From positions 1 to 52,821 of IMG/VR virus record IMGVR_UViG_3300010397_000052: a stretch of 52,821 nucleotides of DNA, one strand, 5' to 3'. How positions within the stretch are numbered: position 1 is the stretch's first letter; each line of letters begins with the position of its first letter. The position numbers and the translations under genes are program-made. Under the pieces are notes generated by a model. That model saw only the letters and a list, made by a program, of their open reading frames with translations, searched no databases and was not told the origin of the DNA. The stretch comes from a virus. Its lineage: Duplodnaviria; Caudoviricetes. Of this stretch, positions 34,356-43,049 are shown one piece after another.

Positions 34356-35708
34356 TCAAAACGGTACGTCATCCTCAGCGCCGCTCATTGCCTCCGGAGA
34401 GGAGATCTCGCGCTCCCTGGATCCGGCTGGCAGATCGTGCTCATCCCGATCCGGATCGGGTTCATCCTCAGGATTTGTGAACTTATAGTGAGTACCAGCT
34501 TCATCCAGCATGGCGCGAAACTTCTTATCCCGGGCCAGATTTTCCGGCCTTGTCTGCCTCTGGTTGCCATCCCGATCTTCCCATGTTGGCGACGGTTTGA
34601 AGTTGGCCCAAAAGCCGAACAAAACCCCTTTATCGACCTTGGCTAACTGCTCCCCTACGTGCACGCCAAACGGTATCGGGAAACTCCGCCATGGCGCATC
34701 AGGCGCATCAGGATCCGGGTTTTCATCTCGAGGCACCTCGATAGGCTTTTCTGCCGGTTTGGCTGGCTCTGGCGCTTTAGAGGCCGGGAGCTCTGGCTGT
34801 TTAGCCTCCTTTTTCGGCGCTGGCTTAGGCTCCTCCGGCTTGAGCTCGTTTGGCCAAAACTCAGGCACGGCCGCGATCTCCCCGTTATCAAAGGCAACGA
34901 TCGCTTTATTGATCAGGAACATTTGACGGGTACTGGCCGGCACAAACTTTAGGGGTAAGTGCTCGAGCGTTTCAGTTGGCAACAAGCATCCCACCGTCCG
35001 AAAGTACTCGAGAGCGCGACCATCAAGCTTTCCGGCTTTGAGCGAGTTAATCATCTTCGTCCTGCCTGCCTCACTCGGATACAGGGGAGCCTTGGCAGCG
35101 GCCGGAGCGGCTGCAGGCGGCGCTTGCTGCTGAGCAGGCGATTGCCTCCTGGGAGTGGCCCTCTGTTGCTTAGCGGCTGCCGGAGGATGGTCTGCAACCA
35201 TTTCCTCCGCAGGTGTCGCCTCGTATCCAGCCAGGGTCATTACAAAGCCAAGCGGCATCCGTAGGCATTTGGCTGTTGCTCGAGTCTGCGCCATGCTCCG
35301 CAGGGCGAAAGAATCACGGTTGGCCCAATTTCGCTCAGAGCGTAGGCAGAGCGCCTCCGCAGCGCCAATGATCGAGCCGTCTCTTGTGCGCGCCTCAACT
35401 CGAGCCTCCCAACCTCCCTCAACCTCTTTGGTCCAGACCGTTACCGGGAAAACCCCCAACATGGTACCGAGCAGCGTCCATGCCTCACAGCGCGGATACT
35501 CCTTTCCAGAGATATTCGAGATCAACTTCTGACTTTTGATCACGTCCTTTAGGGCAACGGCAACCTGCGTTGCTTTCTGGATCACTACGGCCGGTTCAGT
35601 TGTGCCGAATAGCCCAACGTCCTGCTGAGGACGGAGCGCCAGGGCTTGAGTCTGCTGAGGTTTGTTACTGTCCGAAATCACTTCGACGTCTAAAGCTGTG
35701 TTGTTCAT
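34356..35708 (-). CDS. ssDNA-annealing/recombinase-like protein with PFG-H-G domain and SSB-like acidic tail
   Basis: KEY...EAW..LG...EARVEA....G..IG.AE..C...E..W....A.RSMAQTRA..K..R...TPAEEM, then PFGVHVG and C-terminal DDVPF. Confidence 0.65.
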   Translation of the reverse strand: MNNTALDVEVISDSNKPQQTQALALRPQQDVGLFGTTEPAVVIQKATQVAVALKDVIKSQKLISNISGKEYPRCEAWTLLGTMLGVFPVTVWTKEVEGGWEARVEARTRDGSIIGAAEALCLRSERNWANRDSFALRSMAQTRATAKCLRMPLGFVMTLAGYEATPAEEMVADHPPAAAKQQRATPRRQSPAQQQAPPAAAPAAAKAPLYPSEAGRTKMINSLKAGKLDGRALEYFRTVGCLLPTETLEHLPLKFVPASTRQMFLINKAIVAFDNGEIAAVPEFWPNELKPEEPKPAPKKEAKQPELPASKAPEPAKPAEKPIEVPRDENPDPDAPDAPWRSFPIPFGVHVGEQLAKVDKGVLFGFWANFKPSPTWEDRDGNQRQTRPENLARDKKFRAMLDEAGTHYKFTNPEDEPDPDRDEHDLPAGSREREISSPEAMSGAEDDVPF

Positions 35709-35709
35709 A

Positions 35710-36006
35710 TCAGTCTAAAACCCTTTCTTTACGGATCATCCTTTGAGTGCGGCGGATCACGGCCGCGGTTTCGATCGGAACTACGGTTAATTGCGCGATA
35801 GTTGGCTCTGCGAGCCGCATTTGCTCATCGAAAACGAAGAGCTCGCCGCATTTCATGCACAAGGAAAAGTCTCCTGGCCGCGGCCGATTCTGATGGTTAC
35901 CAACTGCCTCAGACGCGGAATCCCATTCGTAACCGCAGACGTTACACTTGCCCAACGGGAGCGGTTTGCCGGCTGCGTCCAGCATCTCGAGAGGTTTAGG
36001 ATCCAT
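35710..36006 (-). CDS. Zn-ribbon hypothetical protein
   Basis: CNVCG...PRPGDFSLCMKCG. Confidence 0.65.
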   Translation of the reverse strand: MDPKPLEMLDAAGKPLPLGKCNVCGYEWDSASEAVGNHQNRPRPGDFSLCMKCGELFVFDEQMRLAEPTIAQLTVVPIETAAVIRRTQRMIRKERVLD

Positions 36007-36214
36007 AGCTGAGCCCCTTTTTGAAAACGCATTTGACGCGCCTGATTTGTGGCGACGCATTTTCAACCCGATCGTAAAAGGCGTGCCAATCGTCCTTGGT
36101 CATATCGCAGGAAAGTTTCACCTGCAGGAACAACGCAGGGTTAGCGCGCAGCAGCTCCCCTGGCGGGATCCTCCGTATTGATAAAGGCAGCCTGAGCAGC
36201 GGCGTTAAGCGCAT
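35996..36214 (-). CDS. Hypothetical protein
   Basis: Tiles in the leftward operon. Confidence 0.45.
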   Translation of the reverse strand: MRLTPLLRLPLSIRRIPPGELLRANPALFLQVKLSCDMTKDDWHAFYDRVENASPQIRRVKCVFKKGLSYGS

Positions 36215-36579
36215 AAGCTTTTCTCCTCCCTCTGCGGCCGCGCCTTGCGGATCCGCCACTCATGCCCACCAAAGCCACTAAACCGGATCCATCCTTCAGC
36301 GATTTCCTCCGGCGAACATCGTCCACTCACCCCGAGGTAGCGCACATCGCACCCGCAACCCCATCCCTGGCCGTCAACCGAAAACATGGCCGAATCTGGC
36401 CCATTAGCCTCAAGGGTAATTTCCTTGATCGTAGTTATCGCGCCTCCGGAGTCTGGATCCAAGTCCTGCAGTTCACCTCCGATCCAACTCGGATCGAGGA
36501 CAAACTTGCTCCAGAGCGGGTAAGCGCGGCCGTGAATTTTAATAGGCTCCGCCTCCTGTCCATTGGGAAGAGTGATCAT
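36205..36579 (-). CDS. Hypothetical protein
   Basis: Coupled ORF in the leftward operon. Confidence 0.65.
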   Translation of the reverse strand: MITLPNGQEAEPIKIHGRAYPLWSKFVLDPSWIGGELQDLDPDSGGAITTIKEITLEANGPDSAMFSVDGQGWGCGCDVRYLGVSGRCSPEEIAEGWIRFSGFGGHEWRIRKARPQREEKSLCA

Positions 36580-36998
36580 GCCTCCTCCTTCTTTACTTCC
36601 GGCAACCCCTGCAGCTTTTTTGTCTCAGCCTCAATTTGCTTTTCGAGCGCTACGATCTCTTTCCTTAGAGCTCCAATCCGACCAATGAGCAGATCGTTGA
36701 ACTGGTTTCGGGGGTAGACATTGCGCGAGTAGAGCTTTTCCCTGCCCTCGCCTTTGAGGTTGACCCAAGCGCACTTATCATCAGTTAAGCTCGTTAACTC
36801 TCCCTGGCGAAAGTCATCGCCACAATATCGCCCTGTACACCAGCAATCGATCCGCTTGAAAGTCGGCTTTTTATCGATGCGCTTTTTGGCCAAGGCCAGC
36901 GAAGGCGCAACGCGCTCCTTCCCGTCATAAGTGAACTCCCATTGATTGCCTTTTTCGGAGTAGGCGATCTCAACTCCTTTGTACTTTTCGGTTATCAT
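36576..36998 (-). CDS. Hypothetical protein
   Basis: Coupled ORF with a C-terminal coiled coil. Confidence 0.7.
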   Translation of the reverse strand: MITEKYKGVEIAYSEKGNQWEFTYDGKERVAPSLALAKKRIDKKPTFKRIDCWCTGRYCGDDFRQGELTSLTDDKCAWVNLKGEGREKLYSRNVYPRNQFNDLLIGRIGALRKEIVALEKQIEAETKKLQGLPEVKKEEA

Positions 36999-37007
36999 GA
37001 TTTGTCC

Positions 37008-37259
37008 TTAGGTTTGTTTGTCGAAAGTGTATCCGGCGATCTTCGTGGCAGCCTCGAGTGAGGCGAGCAGCACAGCAAAGTCTGTATTGTGGTCATGGCG
37101 CAGCACCCAACACAGCACCCCACCAACGGCCGCCAGTCGCTGCAGGTGGCTCTCTGGTAGCCCCAAATCGCATTCTTTCAGAATGATCCCCGCGAGCAGA
37201 TCGTGAGCGCGCTGGATCTCGCTGGCCGGCCGCATCGGAACTACTGGCCCCGTTGTCAT
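37008..37259 (-). CDS. Hypothetical protein
   Basis: Coupled ORF with EIQRAHD and VLCWVLRH segments. Confidence 0.65.
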   Translation of the reverse strand: MTTGPVVPMRPASEIQRAHDLLAGIILKECDLGLPESHLQRLAAVGGVLCWVLRHDHNTDFAVLLASLEAATKIAGYTFDKQT

Positions 37260-37804
37260 AAGCTGGTATTGAAAAGGACGTTGAGGACTGCGGCCGCCAT
37301 GGTTTCCCGCTCACTGACACTCATTGGCCCGATCTCTTTTCCTGGCTCCGAATAGCGCGCACTGTCCACCTTGGCGATCGCTGCTTCAAGCTCAGCGAAA
37401 ACGCGAGCCGTAAACTCAGGGATGCTCACAAGGTGCACCCTGATCACTTCCTCAGCGGCTCCGATAGTATCGGGGATGGTTTTGGGTTGCTGCAGCGCCG
37501 CCTCTGCCACCTCCAAGGCACGGCCAGGAGCGCCCATCCGGATCCAGTGGCAAACCTCTTCCCATGGCGGCGCACCTATGGCGGCCGTATCAGTAGCGCG
37601 GATCCAAGTGCATACATCGCCCCAAGTGGGCTCTGGCTCTGGCTGCTGCGATGGTTCTTGCTGCGCGGGTTCTATTGGATCGGCTGGCGCGAGGGCTCTC
37701 GGGTTTATCAGGCACCGGCTCACGCGCTCATACTCCTCAGGCGCGTCAAGCTGGCAGTAATCAGTGAGACAAACAGGGCAAGTCAGTGCGGGAAGTTTGG
37801 ACAT
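37256..37804 (-). CDS. Hypothetical protein with internal P.W..VC.WIR repeat
   Basis: PTWGDVCTWIR and PPWEEVCHWIR. Confidence 0.6.
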   Translation of the reverse strand: MSKLPALTCPVCLTDYCQLDAPEEYERVSRCLINPRALAPADPIEPAQQEPSQQPEPEPTWGDVCTWIRATDTAAIGAPPWEEVCHWIRMGAPGRALEVAEAALQQPKTIPDTIGAAEEVIRVHLVSIPEFTARVFAELEAAIAKVDSARYSEPGKEIGPMSVSERETMAAAVLNVLFNTSL

Positions 37805-37839
37805 AGGCGCGATGGGTCTGGATTGTTGCGAGGGTTCTT

Positions 37840-38088
37840 TTAGCGCCAGCCAACCGGAGGGTTTCCTGTGCGCTTCATTTTCGATTGCTGCGAGGGTTCC
37901 GGAAATCGGATTTTGCGCGGCCGGCCAGGGCCGCCAAGCGAGGGCGTTTTATTCCAATTCGGGCTTTTGCACTTGGGGCAAACTTTCGGATCGTTTACTT
38001 GGGGAGTCCAAAGCCAATGGCAACGCAGGCAAGTCAACCGGGGCAAAACTACGGCCGCTTGCTGGCCGTTTTTAGGCGAGTCTTTCAT
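37840..38088 (-). CDS. Zn-finger protein with AT-hook-like GRPRK; putative regulator
   Basis: CLRCHWLW.P.....KVCPKCKSPNWN...GRPRK. First gene of the leftward operon. Confidence 0.7.
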   Translation of the reverse strand: MKDSPKNGQQAAVVLPRLTCLRCHWLWTPQVNDPKVCPKCKSPNWNKTPSLGGPGRPRKIRFPEPSQQSKMKRTGNPPVGWR

Positions 38089-38282
38089 TTGTCCGTAAAA
38101 TTTACACCATGCACCAAGGGGAATGCAATCCGTAATTCTACAAGGTAGTAAAAAATATCTTGTAAGTCCATTCCACCTGTGATTTACTGAGCTCCTCAGG
38201 CTTGAAGAGCCGCACGAAGCGGATCGGAAAAGCCCGAGCGCCGCCAGGGCGATTCTGGCAGACAGTAAAAACGGACAACAGT
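38089..38282. promoter_or_regulatory. AT-rich divergent early promoter region
   Basis: Leftward TTGCAT-N18-TAAATT 10 nt before the ATG. Rightward TTGTAA-N17-TTTACT followed by a hairpin-rich leader. Confidence 0.55.
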
Positions 38283-38456
38283 ATGCAAAACACTCCTTCG
38301 TCAGTAAACCTCATGGAAGCTCACCAACAATGGGCGAACCGTCCTGCAGATCAGCGCTTTGAAACCCTGGCCGCTCTGCGTGATTCAGTGGCAGCGCGCC
38401 GCCTGCGCTCTCGCTCCGTCGACATTGATTGCGCGGAAAGTAGAGCGCGAAATTAA
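38283..38456 (+). pseudogene. Truncated DUF932-like N-terminus
   Basis: NLMEAHQQWANRPADQRFETLAAL resembles the start of DUF932-family proteins but stops after 57 aa. Confidence 0.5.
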
Positions 38457-38664
38457 GCGCGCCATTTGGGCTAGCAACGCAGCGCTTATTACCACCGCGC
38501 CTGATCTACTGGAAGCTTGCGAGCTTCTTTGCCCTCTCACGCATTACGACTCTTGCGAGGGGCTAAATTTCCACCCTGTGGAACGTGAATCACATTGCAC
38601 TTGCGGTGCCGCCAAAGCTCGATCCGCAATCGCCAAAGCCAAAGGCCAGGAGGAAAAGCCGTGA
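38359..38664 (+). pseudogene. Apparently headless fragment of the phage ANARLIAAAPDLL family
   Basis: SNAALITTAPDLLEAC...ARSAIAKAKG. Lacks a credible start and overlaps the previous fragment. Confidence 0.45.
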
Positions 38665-39020
38665 GAAACTTTGGACACACTCGCGCCGTAAAGGATGAGG
38701 CAGGCAATGTGATCGAGCTCAAAGATTCTCCGGCCAGGGCGGTTACGGTTTCCGAACTAGGGCGCACCTTTGGAGCCGATCACGACAAGCGCTTAGTTGT
38801 CTCGCTCGACAAGGGCGACTTGATCACTGTGCGGCCGGCCAGGACGCGCCGCAGCCTGCAAATCAAAGCCTGCGATCTTTGGTTCTACCTCCTGCGTTGT
38901 GAGGCGAACAAAAGCCAGCTTGAGCGCGCCAGGGAAAGGAAAGCGCGCAAAGCTGAGCGGCTCGCCAGGGAGCGCCAGGAGCGAGCAGAGCGCCGCCTAT
39001 TCCGCGGAGGTGCCAAGTGA
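38661..39020 (+). CDS. Hypothetical basic protein
   Basis: GTGA coupling at both ends. Confidence 0.65.
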   Translation: MRNFGHTRAVKDEAGNVIELKDSPARAVTVSELGRTFGADHDKRLVVSLDKGDLITVRPARTRRSLQIKACDLWFYLLRCEANKSQLERARERKARKAERLARERQERAERRLFRGGAK

Positions 39021-39667
39021 GCACCTGCTATCTTGCGGAAGTTAAAGACTGCGCGCACCGGCGCAAAACCTTTGTGGAAGTGGGCCAGCGCTGGCTCTGT
39101 CTGGATTGCAGCGCTACCCGTTGCCCTGGCTCTGAGCTCTGGCTGCGAGTCGAAACAGCGCCGCAACTCTCTCCGCGCTTCATTATCGGCCGCTCTTGCA
39201 CCAATGGCTTCACCACATTCGCAGACGGCGATTTATTCGAGCATTCCGGCCGGCTTTACAAGCTCTGCTCTTCCGGGTACGGGTGGACGTTGCGGCCGCT
39301 CATCCTTGGCACCAATCGCGCCAACTACGGCGAACACCTTGACGGATGGTTAGACCTGCCCTCCGCAATGGCTGTAATCGTGAAGCTAAACCAAGCGGCC
39401 GCGGACGCTGAGCCGCTGCCAGAGCTCCCCTGGCACGAAGCATCTGCCCTCCGTTGCAAGCAGTGCAAAACCCCGTACGTGAAGCATTCAACTTGTGGCT
39501 GCCAGTACTGCCCCGCTTGCTGGCTCTTCTGCCCTCGCTGCGGAGGGAAGCGCCGGCCAAAGGAGGGCGACATTTGCCCCGATTGCGGAGTGCGGCCGCT
39601 CGACAAGGACGGTTGGTGCAGCAAATGCGGTTACCCGGACAACGGACCAAAGGAGCCGCGGCCGTGA
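39017..39667 (+). CDS. Multi-Zn-finger hypothetical protein
   Basis: Many CxxC pairs (CKQC, CQYCPAC, CPRC, CPDC, CSKC). Confidence 0.65.
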   Translation: MSTCYLAEVKDCAHRRKTFVEVGQRWLCLDCSATRCPGSELWLRVETAPQLSPRFIIGRSCTNGFTTFADGDLFEHSGRLYKLCSSGYGWTLRPLILGTNRANYGEHLDGWLDLPSAMAVIVKLNQAAADAEPLPELPWHEASALRCKQCKTPYVKHSTCGCQYCPACWLFCPRCGGKRRPKEGDICPDCGVRPLDKDGWCSKCGYPDNGPKEPRP

Positions 39668-39795
39668 ACCTCATCGAATCCTTTGGCGCTTGCCTCATCT
39701 TTGCCATCCTCTTCGCTGGTATCATCGGCGCGCCTGCAGCCGTTATCCCCATCGCCCTCCTCCTCCTGGCCCTCTCCCTCTCCGACCTGCTGTGA
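39664..39795 (+). CDS. Small two-TM peptide
   Basis: MNLIESFGACLIFAILFAGIIGAPAAVIPIALLLLALSLSDLL. GTGA coupling. Confidence 0.5.
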   Translation: MNLIESFGACLIFAILFAGIIGAPAAVIPIALLLLALSLSDLL

Positions 39796-39872
39796 ACCTC
39801 TCCGCCCTCCTCCTCACTCTCCTGGCTGAGCTCCTTCTCCTGGCTCTCAACCTCTGGCACCGCAACCAATGA
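39792..39872 (+). CDS. 26-aa hydrophobic peptide
   Basis: MNLSALLLTLLAELLLLALNLWHRNQ. Coupled on both sides. Confidence 0.4.
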   Translation: MNLSALLLTLLAELLLLALNLWHRNQ

Positions 39873-40282
39873 GCACCCCAAAATTCCAACCAGGAGACAA
39901 GGTGAGCCTGCGCAACGATCAAGGCTGCGTTTTCCCCGGCAAAACCATTCTCAGCGTTACCCAATGGGAGGGCTATTCTGACTTTCGGTATTTCATCACC
40001 CCCACTGATTGCCCTCCCGCCGCGGGAAGATCAGCTAACTCCGGAGGGCAAATGAGCACCCCTCCTGCAGTCTCGCGCCGCGGCCGTAAAATCATCCTGG
40101 CTCTCACCCCTCTGCAGGTAGAAGCCCTCTACCAGCTTTGCGGCCAAGCTAACGCAGACGGCGATCACGAATCCTGGCTGCGTGGCGCTTGCGCCCCTCC
40201 CTCTGAGATCCGCGCCTGCCGCCAAGCCATGGCCCTTGTCCACTCCGCCCAAGCCATCGCCTGCAGACTCCTCCGCCCTTAG
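39869..40282 (+). CDS. Hypothetical protein, possibly two fused genes
   Basis: Two in-frame AATGAGCACCCC (MSTP) starts at 39869 and about 40052. Confidence 0.55.
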   Translation: MSTPKFQPGDKVSLRNDQGCVFPGKTILSVTQWEGYSDFRYFITPTDCPPAAGRSANSGGQMSTPPAVSRRGRKIILALTPLQVEALYQLCGQANADGDHESWLRGACAPPSEIRACRQAMALVHSAQAIACRLLRP

Positions 40283-40415
40283 CCCTGCAGCCGGCCAATT
40301 TCCCGGCCAGGGCCAATCCCCCCAATTTCGCTCTAGGATGCCCCAGGACGATTTAGGGGGTATCCACACCCCATCCTTGACGTCAAAGCGCCGGAGCCGT
40401 CAAGCTGTGCACGCC

Positions 40416-40886
40416 ATGCCAGCAAATCTTCCCTCCTCAGACCCTCAAAACACCCCCAAACGCACAACCCGCACTTGGACCCGCGAGCAAGCCCTCTCCT
40501 GGGGTGCGCTTGGCCGTCAACGTCGCCTCGAAAATATCGCCAAACGTGCTGAGCTCTCCGCCTTAGCCAAATCCATCAGGCGCTCTCACGACTTCCCCCA
40601 CACCTTGCAAGTCCTCCTGGCAAGAGCCTATGTCGCTTTCTCCCAACTCTCCCCTGGCTCCCCTGCTGCTGAGCGCTTGTCTCGAACCATCTTCAACCTC
40701 GAACAAATCAGACGCATCCACACCAAGGGCACCAAGGGCAATGACACTCCTCCTGCAGTTGCACAATCTGGCCCTCTTGGGATTGCTGAGCAGGAGCCGC
40801 TGCCGGCCAACCCTTCACCGGTACCGGATGCACCTCCCGAAAGCGATCCAGACTCATCCCTTCCAGAGATGTCTCCGGACCTGTAA
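40416..40886 (+). CDS. Hypothetical protein; candidate terminase small subunit
   Basis: WTREQA..WG..G...R basic N-terminus, helical core and own TTGACG promoter. Adjacent to the skew switch. Confidence 0.4.
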   Translation: MPANLPSSDPQNTPKRTTRTWTREQALSWGALGRQRRLENIAKRAELSALAKSIRRSHDFPHTLQVLLARAYVAFSQLSPGSPAAERLSRTIFNLEQIRRIHTKGTKGNDTPPAVAQSGPLGIAEQEPLPANPSPVPDAPPESDPDSSLPEMSPDL

Positions 40887-41210
40887 CGAGGTTACCCGAT
40901 CCCCTTAAAATTCGAGTGCGAAGCACCCCGATCCATTCTCTCCCTCCTCCGTACTCCGGGAGCTCATGCCAGGAGAGCTTTGATCGTACGCCTCCGGCGA
41001 GGAGTCGTGTTTAAGGGGAATGGGTGCCATGGTTCCAAAAGGAATCTCTTTTTCCACCAGGGTCGACCGTGGGGGCACCCACCCCGGGCACCCCCGCGGA
41101 GGCGCACGCGGTTTTGTTATACCCCTTGTGGTAGGCCCCTATTTTCCCAATTTTGGGAATGTTCCATGTGGAAACGGGGGAGGCGAAATTTGCGGAAAGC
41201 GCGTTAGTAC

Positions 41211-41236
41211 TCTGTATCTGTATCTGTATCTGTATC
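41211..41236. repeat. (TCTGTA)4 tandem repeat with nearby TGTCC/GGACA motifs; candidate origin iterons
   Basis: tctgtatctgtatctgtatctgtatc read directly. Lies upstream of the initiator-like gene. Confidence 0.7.
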
Positions 41237-41314
41237 CGTCATCGTCTGCGGGAATGTCCTCTTTTTGTCTGGACAGAGTGTCCTGACAAGTTCCAGACTA
41301 CGTGTCAACGATAT

Positions 41315-41902
41315 ATGAAAAGCAGAGGATTTGTGATGTTGTGGAGTGCGATTTTGGATTCGAGCGTATGGGATACGCCGCCAGAAACGAGGCTGACTTG
41401 GATAACGATGTTGCTGTTGAAGGATGCGGAAGGGTTTGTGAGGGGGACGGTGGAGACGATAAGGAGGAGGGCGAATTTGCCAGCGGAGCGGGTTCTAGAA
41501 GCTGTCCAGACATTGAGTGAGCCGGATGCGAGCAGTCATACGCCGGATGAGGAGGGGAGGAGGATTCGGGCGGTGCCTGGGGGATGGTTTGTGATCAACC
41601 ATGAGCAGTATCGATTTTCGACGGAGGCGAGGCGGGAGTTTTGGCGGGAGCAGAAGAGGAAACAGAGGGAGAAGGAGGAGGCGAAAAAGAAGCCGCGGAA
41701 GAGTGCGGGGCAGGTGAGGGCGGAGAGTGATGGGAGGGAGCGGCGGTTTGTGGAGGCTGAGAGGAATGGGAATGAGGAGTTAGCGGGATTGATCGCGGCG
41801 GAGGGGTTGCCGGAAGCGCCGGTGGTGGTGACCAGTGCGCCGCCTGAGGAGGATTTGCCAGGGCCCGAGTATCAGGGGAGCGATGAGGAGCCGCTCGCAT
41901 GA
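41315..41902 (+). CDS. Replication initiator / replisome-organiser-like protein
   Basis: L.S.ILDSSVW......R..WITML...D..G.V......RRAN......A...L..PD..S.T...EGRRI....GGW...N...YR. Confidence 0.75.
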   Translation: MKSRGFVMLWSAILDSSVWDTPPETRLTWITMLLLKDAEGFVRGTVETIRRRANLPAERVLEAVQTLSEPDASSHTPDEEGRRIRAVPGGWFVINHEQYRFSTEARREFWREQKRKQREKEEAKKKPRKSAGQVRAESDGRERRFVEAERNGNEELAGLIAAEGLPEAPVVVTSAPPEEDLPGPEYQGSDEEPLA

Positions 41903-42111
41903 GCAAAAAGCTTTCGGAGTGTGAGAAGGGGTACCGGCGCTGGCTCGCGCCGGATCGGCCTACACAGGGTGCGCACTTTCCCTTTCATCGCAAGTGCTCA
42001 AATCCCGGGTGCCGAAAAATGCTTTGGAAGCGCTCGCCGGACCATGTTTCCTATTGCTCGAAAAAGTGTCGAAAACACGCTGAGCGCAAAGTCAAAAACC
42101 AAACCAAATGA
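41899..42111 (+). CDS. Zn-finger hypothetical protein
   Basis: CSNPGC...YCSKKCR. Confidence 0.6.
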   Translation: MSKKLSECEKGYRRWLAPDRPTQGAHFPFHRKCSNPGCRKMLWKRSPDHVSYCSKKCRKHAERKVKNQTK

Positions 42112-42341
42112 ACTGCGATAAAATTATGACGGCAGCACAGAGAGAAGCCAGGGATAAGGCTTACGACATTTTAGGCGAGCAATTTGATCATGTGCTCATC
42201 GCCTTAAGCTTCGAAACCGATCAAGGTTGCGTGCAGGTCAACTACTGGAAAGGCGGCTACATTCCAGCTTTGGGCTTGGCCACCTACGCCCAAAATTGGA
42301 TCTTAACCAAAACTGAACCATTGGAAGAAAAAAATTACTAA
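42108..42341 (+). CDS. Hypothetical protein
   Basis: ATGA-coupled ORF. Confidence 0.65.
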   Translation: MNCDKIMTAAQREARDKAYDILGEQFDHVLIALSFETDQGCVQVNYWKGGYIPALGLATYAQNWILTKTEPLEEKNY

Positions 42342-42342
42342 C

Positions 42343-42879
42343 GTGAACATCAACGAACATCCGATCTATAAAGCGATCTACGAACTGTGCCTGGAAATCG
42401 AGAAGCTCCCAGGCTCCGAGCAGCAAACGAAGGTTGTAACGATGGCCGGGGCATTAGAACACCCAGCCCGACAACTCATTGAGGAGAAAGACAAACTGTT
42501 CTCGCAGTGCATCGAGAAGAATGAATGGTCCGAGCATCTCGCTAAACAAATCTGTGAAATGGAGGACGCCTTGGGGTTTAAGCAGGACTGCATGGACAGA
42601 GAAACCGGCGCATTTGTCCCGACAATGGGGCCATGGAAAGAGCGGGTGCGCGATCTAATAGCCAAAGAGGGCCAGCTTGGCGATGTGCTTAACGAACGCA
42701 ACAATCTTCGCGATATAGTTCTAAGCATCCGAGACATCACCGGTCAAGGACTTCGCGAAATAAGACAGGCTGCGCGGCGGCAAGTTCCGGCTGGCTTAGG
42801 CTACTGCCCCAACTGCGGCTGGTGCCATGCTGCAAACGATGAGTGCGTTAGACAAGGAACGATTCCGAGCATCCAATAA
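42343..42879 (+). CDS. Hypothetical coiled-coil protein
   Basis: IYELCLEIEKLPGSEQQTK N-terminal motif and C-terminal CPNC. Confidence 0.65.
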   Translation: MNINEHPIYKAIYELCLEIEKLPGSEQQTKVVTMAGALEHPARQLIEEKDKLFSQCIEKNEWSEHLAKQICEMEDALGFKQDCMDRETGAFVPTMGPWKERVRDLIAKEGQLGDVLNERNNLRDIVLSIRDITGQGLREIRQAARRQVPAGLGYCPNCGWCHAANDECVRQGTIPSIQ

Positions 42880-43049
42880 ACAAGGCTTTCGATGATCTTT
42901 GCTTAGCTGTCCGCGAGCTTACGGGGGGCAGACCAGAGAGCAAGGTCATGGACGTTTACAGAGCGAAGAGCGCGATTGAGCGAGAAGTGATGAAGGTGCT
43001 CGCAGCACTTCGAGCCGGGGAACGGAAACAGGACGGATGAGATAAAGAA

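Noticed and set aside
37840-38282. Lysogeny switch / temperate module
   Set aside because: Divergent promoters exist, but I recognised no CI-like repressor, integrase or ParA. Lifestyle is left open.
41153-41314. N-terminal extension of the initiator containing CICICIC
   Set aside because: It is a translation of the (TCTGTA)n repeat. Family similarity starts at ATG 41315.
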